From positions 2,268,131 through 2,332,130 of the forward strand of contig CAJINV010000012.1 in the NCBI GenBank assembly GCA_905178155.1: a DNA stretch of 64,000 nt, written 5' to 3'. The notes under the pieces are model-generated. The model ran no database searches. It was not told where the DNA came from and saw only the letters and a list, made by a program, of their open reading frames with translations. This DNA comes from Amoebophrya sp. A120 (taxonomy: Eukaryota; Protista; Dinoflagellata). The translations under genes were made by a program, and so were the position numbers. The stretch's first letter is position 1; every line of letters starts with the position of its first letter. Shown piece after piece: positions 60,279 through 64,000 of this stretch.

Positions 60279-61620
60279 TCAACTCAGCTTGGCCCCCTCG
60301 TGCGGGAAGTAGGCCTCTGGCTGCGACAATTTCAGGTCGCGGCGTTTGCTCAGGGATCCGCTACTGGAGCAGGCGATGCCCCGGGGGAGCGTGAGCGCCA
60401 CCTTGCGAAATTCGTCGGGCTCCTCTGTTGTTGGATAATTGTATTTTTGTTTTATTTAAGTACTACATCTACAACCAACGCCACGCATCAGAAAATCACT
60501 TTCTAATTGCATTGTTCTCAGCATCACAAACTACAGTGTCAGTGTATTTCAATTTCTCTTTATCGATCGTACTTGTCTCCCACTCGTGAATCAGCCTTCG
60601 TTGCTTGTTGTAGGAGTCCATGGGCCGGAAGTAATCGCGGTTCAAATCCAGATGATACCCATTCAAAGTCCACTGCTTTCTCTTCGCACGGTCTTTATCC
60701 ACAGAAAAAAAACCACCCACATCCAATTTTTCATGCAAAACACGCATCAAGTCATGTGTTTGTCATGCAAAAAATGGATGTGGATGGGTTTTTTTCTGTG
60801 GATAGTCTTTCAGGATTTTCTCCACCTCCGGGCACGGCTCGTATTCGATGTTATGACACCCTCAGAATGGAAATCCTCAAACTGGAAATAATTTGTGACG
60901 CATGAAATGCGACACCAAAAAGACTGTATTGCAGAGAACGCAATGGAGGCCGACTATTGTGCTTCTACGGGTTCAGAATTGGGCTCCTGATTAGCATGAG
61001 AGGAGGGCACCCCTTTGCCTAACTAGCATGACAGACACGTTTTGAGTGCCTGGGAAATTTATTGTCATGCGCCGACTACAAATGGCGCCCCAACTGGATT
61101 CGTTTTTTTGCATTACAAATTATCTTCACTTTGAGGATTTCCAACCTGAGGCTTTCATAGATATTGGTTTCTGCCGCGTAACTGGGCTGCGTGCTGGAAA
61201 AATCCTCGGAATGGAGGGAAGCTGGTATTGGTGTTTTTGAGAGTTTGCGTTAGTTTTGATAATTTTCACATTTGCGTATACGTGGTATTATGCCATGCAG
61301 AACCAGACAAACTACATGGAGAGTGGTGAGAACAGCAGCGTTTTGTTTCTCCTCCTGCAAAGGCAAACAAGATAAGACGAAGACCAATAAAGAATACCTC
61401 TCTCCGCATCTATCGCCGCACGAATTGCCGATCCCCGGTCGTCTGATTCTTTGCTTGCCCGGGATTCTTTCGATTTTCTGTGTCTTTCCTCCCGTGCGAC
61501 CTTCTCGTCATGGGCATTCATACCACGCTTTTTCAGGCATTGCTGCTCCTGGTGCGTCGCCCAAATGATCATCTGCTTGTTCGCAAATTGCGAATAGGTC
61601 TCGAAAACGGCGCGCGGCAT
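60279..61620 (-). CDS. Hypothetical protein (5 exons)
   Basis: MPRAVFETY...DAER|ASLHSE...ETNI|EYEPCPE...LKD|RAKRKQW...WET|KEPDEF...AKLS* joins in frame through two GT-AG introns and two introners. Confidence 0.65.
60696..60804. mobile_element. Introner family F (almost entirely hairpin)
   Basis: TATCCACAGAAAAAAAACC...CACATCCA / TGGATGTG...GGTTTTTTTCTGTGGATA; TSD GTCTT. Confidence 0.92.
60852..61159. mobile_element. Introner family G (diverged)
   Basis: TATGACACCCTCAGAATGGAAATCCTCAAA / TTTGAGGATTTCCAACCTGAGGCTTTCATA; TSD GATGT/GATAT. Confidence 0.85.
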
Positions 61621-63854
61621 TTTCGTTCGGGTTGGCGTTCTTCACGGGAAGTAGTAGTGAGTAGGAGCGCCGTCACTCGTGCATACGACTAGCCGTATCT
61701 GCTCTAGTGAAGCCGCAACTAAGACAAGCAAACAGAGCGACAGTGAGTCTTTCTAGCTGATGAACCTTCAAAGGCAACACTTACGAGACGCAACAACTTC
61801 ATTCTGTCGGGTAGGAGGCTGACGTCGAAGACAAGACTCTACTTCGGTTACCACTCACACTCGTCAGATACGCGGACGCGGATACACAACTCGACTGCTC
61901 GAGGAGGGAATGAAAACTAAGTAGCTCATCCTCGTCAAAATCGAAGGAATGCTGAGAACGGACGCGAAATAATACCTGCGAAACAAAGTCAGAAATACGC
62001 GGCGGGGCACGCAGCCAAGCAATGGCGGCGCCAGGGAGCGCAGGCAGGGACGGCAGGGCGAAGGCACATACTGACACCCCACACGCACTGGCCTCTCCTG
62101 ATGCGTGGGCCTTGCGGGCTGGCCACTGCGGTTTGGCTGGGTCCCGGCCGATTGACGCGGGCCCACATGAATGTGAGCGGCCGCCCGACGGACAGGCGAC
62201 AACGCCTGCCTGCAGACTTGCTGCATACGAACGGCGGCGGGGCGAATGGTCGCCCGCGCCCTTGCGCGTGGGGCCATCGTGCACGCCCTGCCCGCCTACC
62301 ATCGCTTCGCTAGCGCCGGGGGGGGGGGGCGGCACGCGCCGGCCCCCCTTCTGCTGCCTGCAAACAAAGGCGCGGGCCGCCTTGCCCAGGTAACCGAGGC
62401 GGGCCGCCCGGGCGCGGCGGGGTGTGTATTTGGCCGGGCGCCAGGCCGTCGCTTGGTCCCGTTGGCGCGGAGGTAGTTCCCCCACGGTGACCGGAGCACG
62501 CACATCACTGCCCAAACTCCCGCAGTTGGTCCTGCAGGTTTGCCAGCAGTTTTCCGAAGTCCTGCATGTTGCACATGCACGGCCGCAGAACGTCGCGCCC
62601 TCCGTTCTCTGCCGCCCGCTGGGGGGCTCCACGGTTCATCGGTGCGAGGGGCTTTTGCCTACAAGCTTACGCACTCGGATGAAAACTGCTCGAAACCGTC
62701 CGCCCCACTGTGTCTACATTGCCGCCCCCTCGTCCGAGCAAGGCGCTTCGGCTTGGTCATACAAACGCGCCCCGCCTGCTTTTGAGTGCAACAACTTGCT
62801 CCTGCCGACCCCTTCGTCCCACGTCGGAACCCGAACCACCGACATGATCCGCGTTTGCAATCGACGGGGCTGCGGCCTTGTCAATCCTCCGCGCCATAAG
62901 GTCAGGAAGTGCGCTCACCCGGCCCCAGCTCGGGCGGCCCCCAGCTCGGGCGGTGCCGCCAGATTGCCGCGCAAAACCCTTCCCCTGCCTTACCACGAAG
63001 AGCCCCCGCTCCAATGCGCTGGCGAAATCCTCGAAGCCGCCCCATACTCCCCGGCGGGCGGCAGCCAATAGGTGGCGGCGACGCCTTTCCTTTGGCGCCC
63101 AAGAAGGAAAGCGTCTCCTCTCGTGCTCGTCCTGTTTTCCATCTCAACACGGTGGAGAATCAACATCGGAAAGTCTCTCTCTTCTTGTCTCTCTCGGCAC
63201 TCATAGACTACCACTCACGAAACATCTGCGTGACCCTCGAGCGCTCGTACCAAAATGACACACCGTCCACTTGACGATAAAACACAGACCCTTTCTTGCA
63301 GCGTTCTATTCTTGAACGAATTTATCGGTGCGTGTTTTGCTTGTTCTAACGAAGTAGACACTTTTCTAATGGTCATTTACATTCACTTATGAAACACCAC
63401 CAGGGTAGCTTGGCGTACATCAGGGTTTTTTTCTTTGCTTTTCTAGCGTCGAAGACGATTGCTTCTACATCGAGGCTTTGTACATTGGTACAAGTCATCA
63501 ACCCACAATCTCCTCCAAGCGCACCGTATCATTCATCACTTTCACATCCTCCCTGCACCAACTACATTGCCAATGATGCTTGAAGATCGCCTTTTCCGAA
63601 AAAAACTCCTCCGCTTGCTTGGACAGAAGAAGGCAAGCGTAAGTGGTTCTTGTAGGCTGGTGAAAGTCGTTCCTGTCGATTGAGGCGCCGTAGTCGACCT
63701 CGTCATCTTGGAGCCAGGAGGACACAATGTCGCTTGAAACAATGTCGTACACCAGCTCAGGGTCAACCTCAACCTCGACGTGGTCGTGTTGATAACTCAT
63801 ATTAATACAAACAAAATCCCCTGGCCACAGAAAAACGGCAAAAAATTTCAAGAC

Positions 63855-64000
63855 GCGCGCGCGCGCGCGTTACGCGCGCGCGGGTAACGCGTGCGCGAGC
63901 GCGGGCGCCCGTAATGCGCGCACGCGCGTAACGCGTACAGGCGGGCGCGTAACGCGCGCGCGCGTAACGCGCGAGGCACGCGGGGGGCCGGGCGGGGGCC
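63855..64000. repeat. CpG-rich low-complexity repeat of (GC)n interspersed with GTAAC/GTTAC
   Basis: GCGCGCGCGTTACGCGCGCGCGGGTAACGCG...GCGTAACGCG; runs to the window edge. Confidence 0.7.

Noticed and set aside
61799-63071. 277-aa and 215-aa ORFs as a possible transposase
   Set aside because: Arg/Ala/Pro-rich products expected from high GC content, with no DDE, HUH or tyrosine-recombinase motif visible.
63498-63851. 117-aa minus-strand ORF
   Set aside because: Plausible composition but no recognisable motif or splice support, so left uncalled.
1-64000. Dinoflagellate spliced-leader relics, tRNA, rRNA or snRNA genes
   Set aside because: No match to the DinoSL sequence or a recognisable structural RNA was seen by eye. 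A covariance-model search was not possible.

Overview
Eukaryotic protist DNA, most likely the parasitic dinoflagellate Amoebophrya (Syndiniales). This is inferred from gene architecture, not from a database search. All ~17 supportable genes lie on the minus strand. They include a membrane-anchored PPP pseudophosphatase, a multi-PDZ protein, a CDK-like kinase with an apparent C-terminal cyclin box, a CobW/COG0523 GTPase, a long PPPDE peptidase, DYNC2LI1, CACYBP and two tandem fumarate reductase-cytochrome b5 genes. The dominant feature is 33 short (109-322 bp) non-autonomous elements in 9 sequence families, all inserted in coding sequence. Each has terminal inverted repeats (TIRs) running TAT...ATA and a 5-bp target-site duplication (TSD; 23 perfect, 10 imperfect). 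Removing the element plus one TSD copy restores the reading frame and conserved protein motifs, so they behave as non-canonical, mostly non-GT-AG introns (introners). All families share an internal GCAT(G/C/T)ACAA motif and at least two families occur in both orientations. The same motif is also found in several GT-AG introns. No transposase, rRNA, tRNA or CRISPR array was seen. All coordinates and splice models were worked out by eye.
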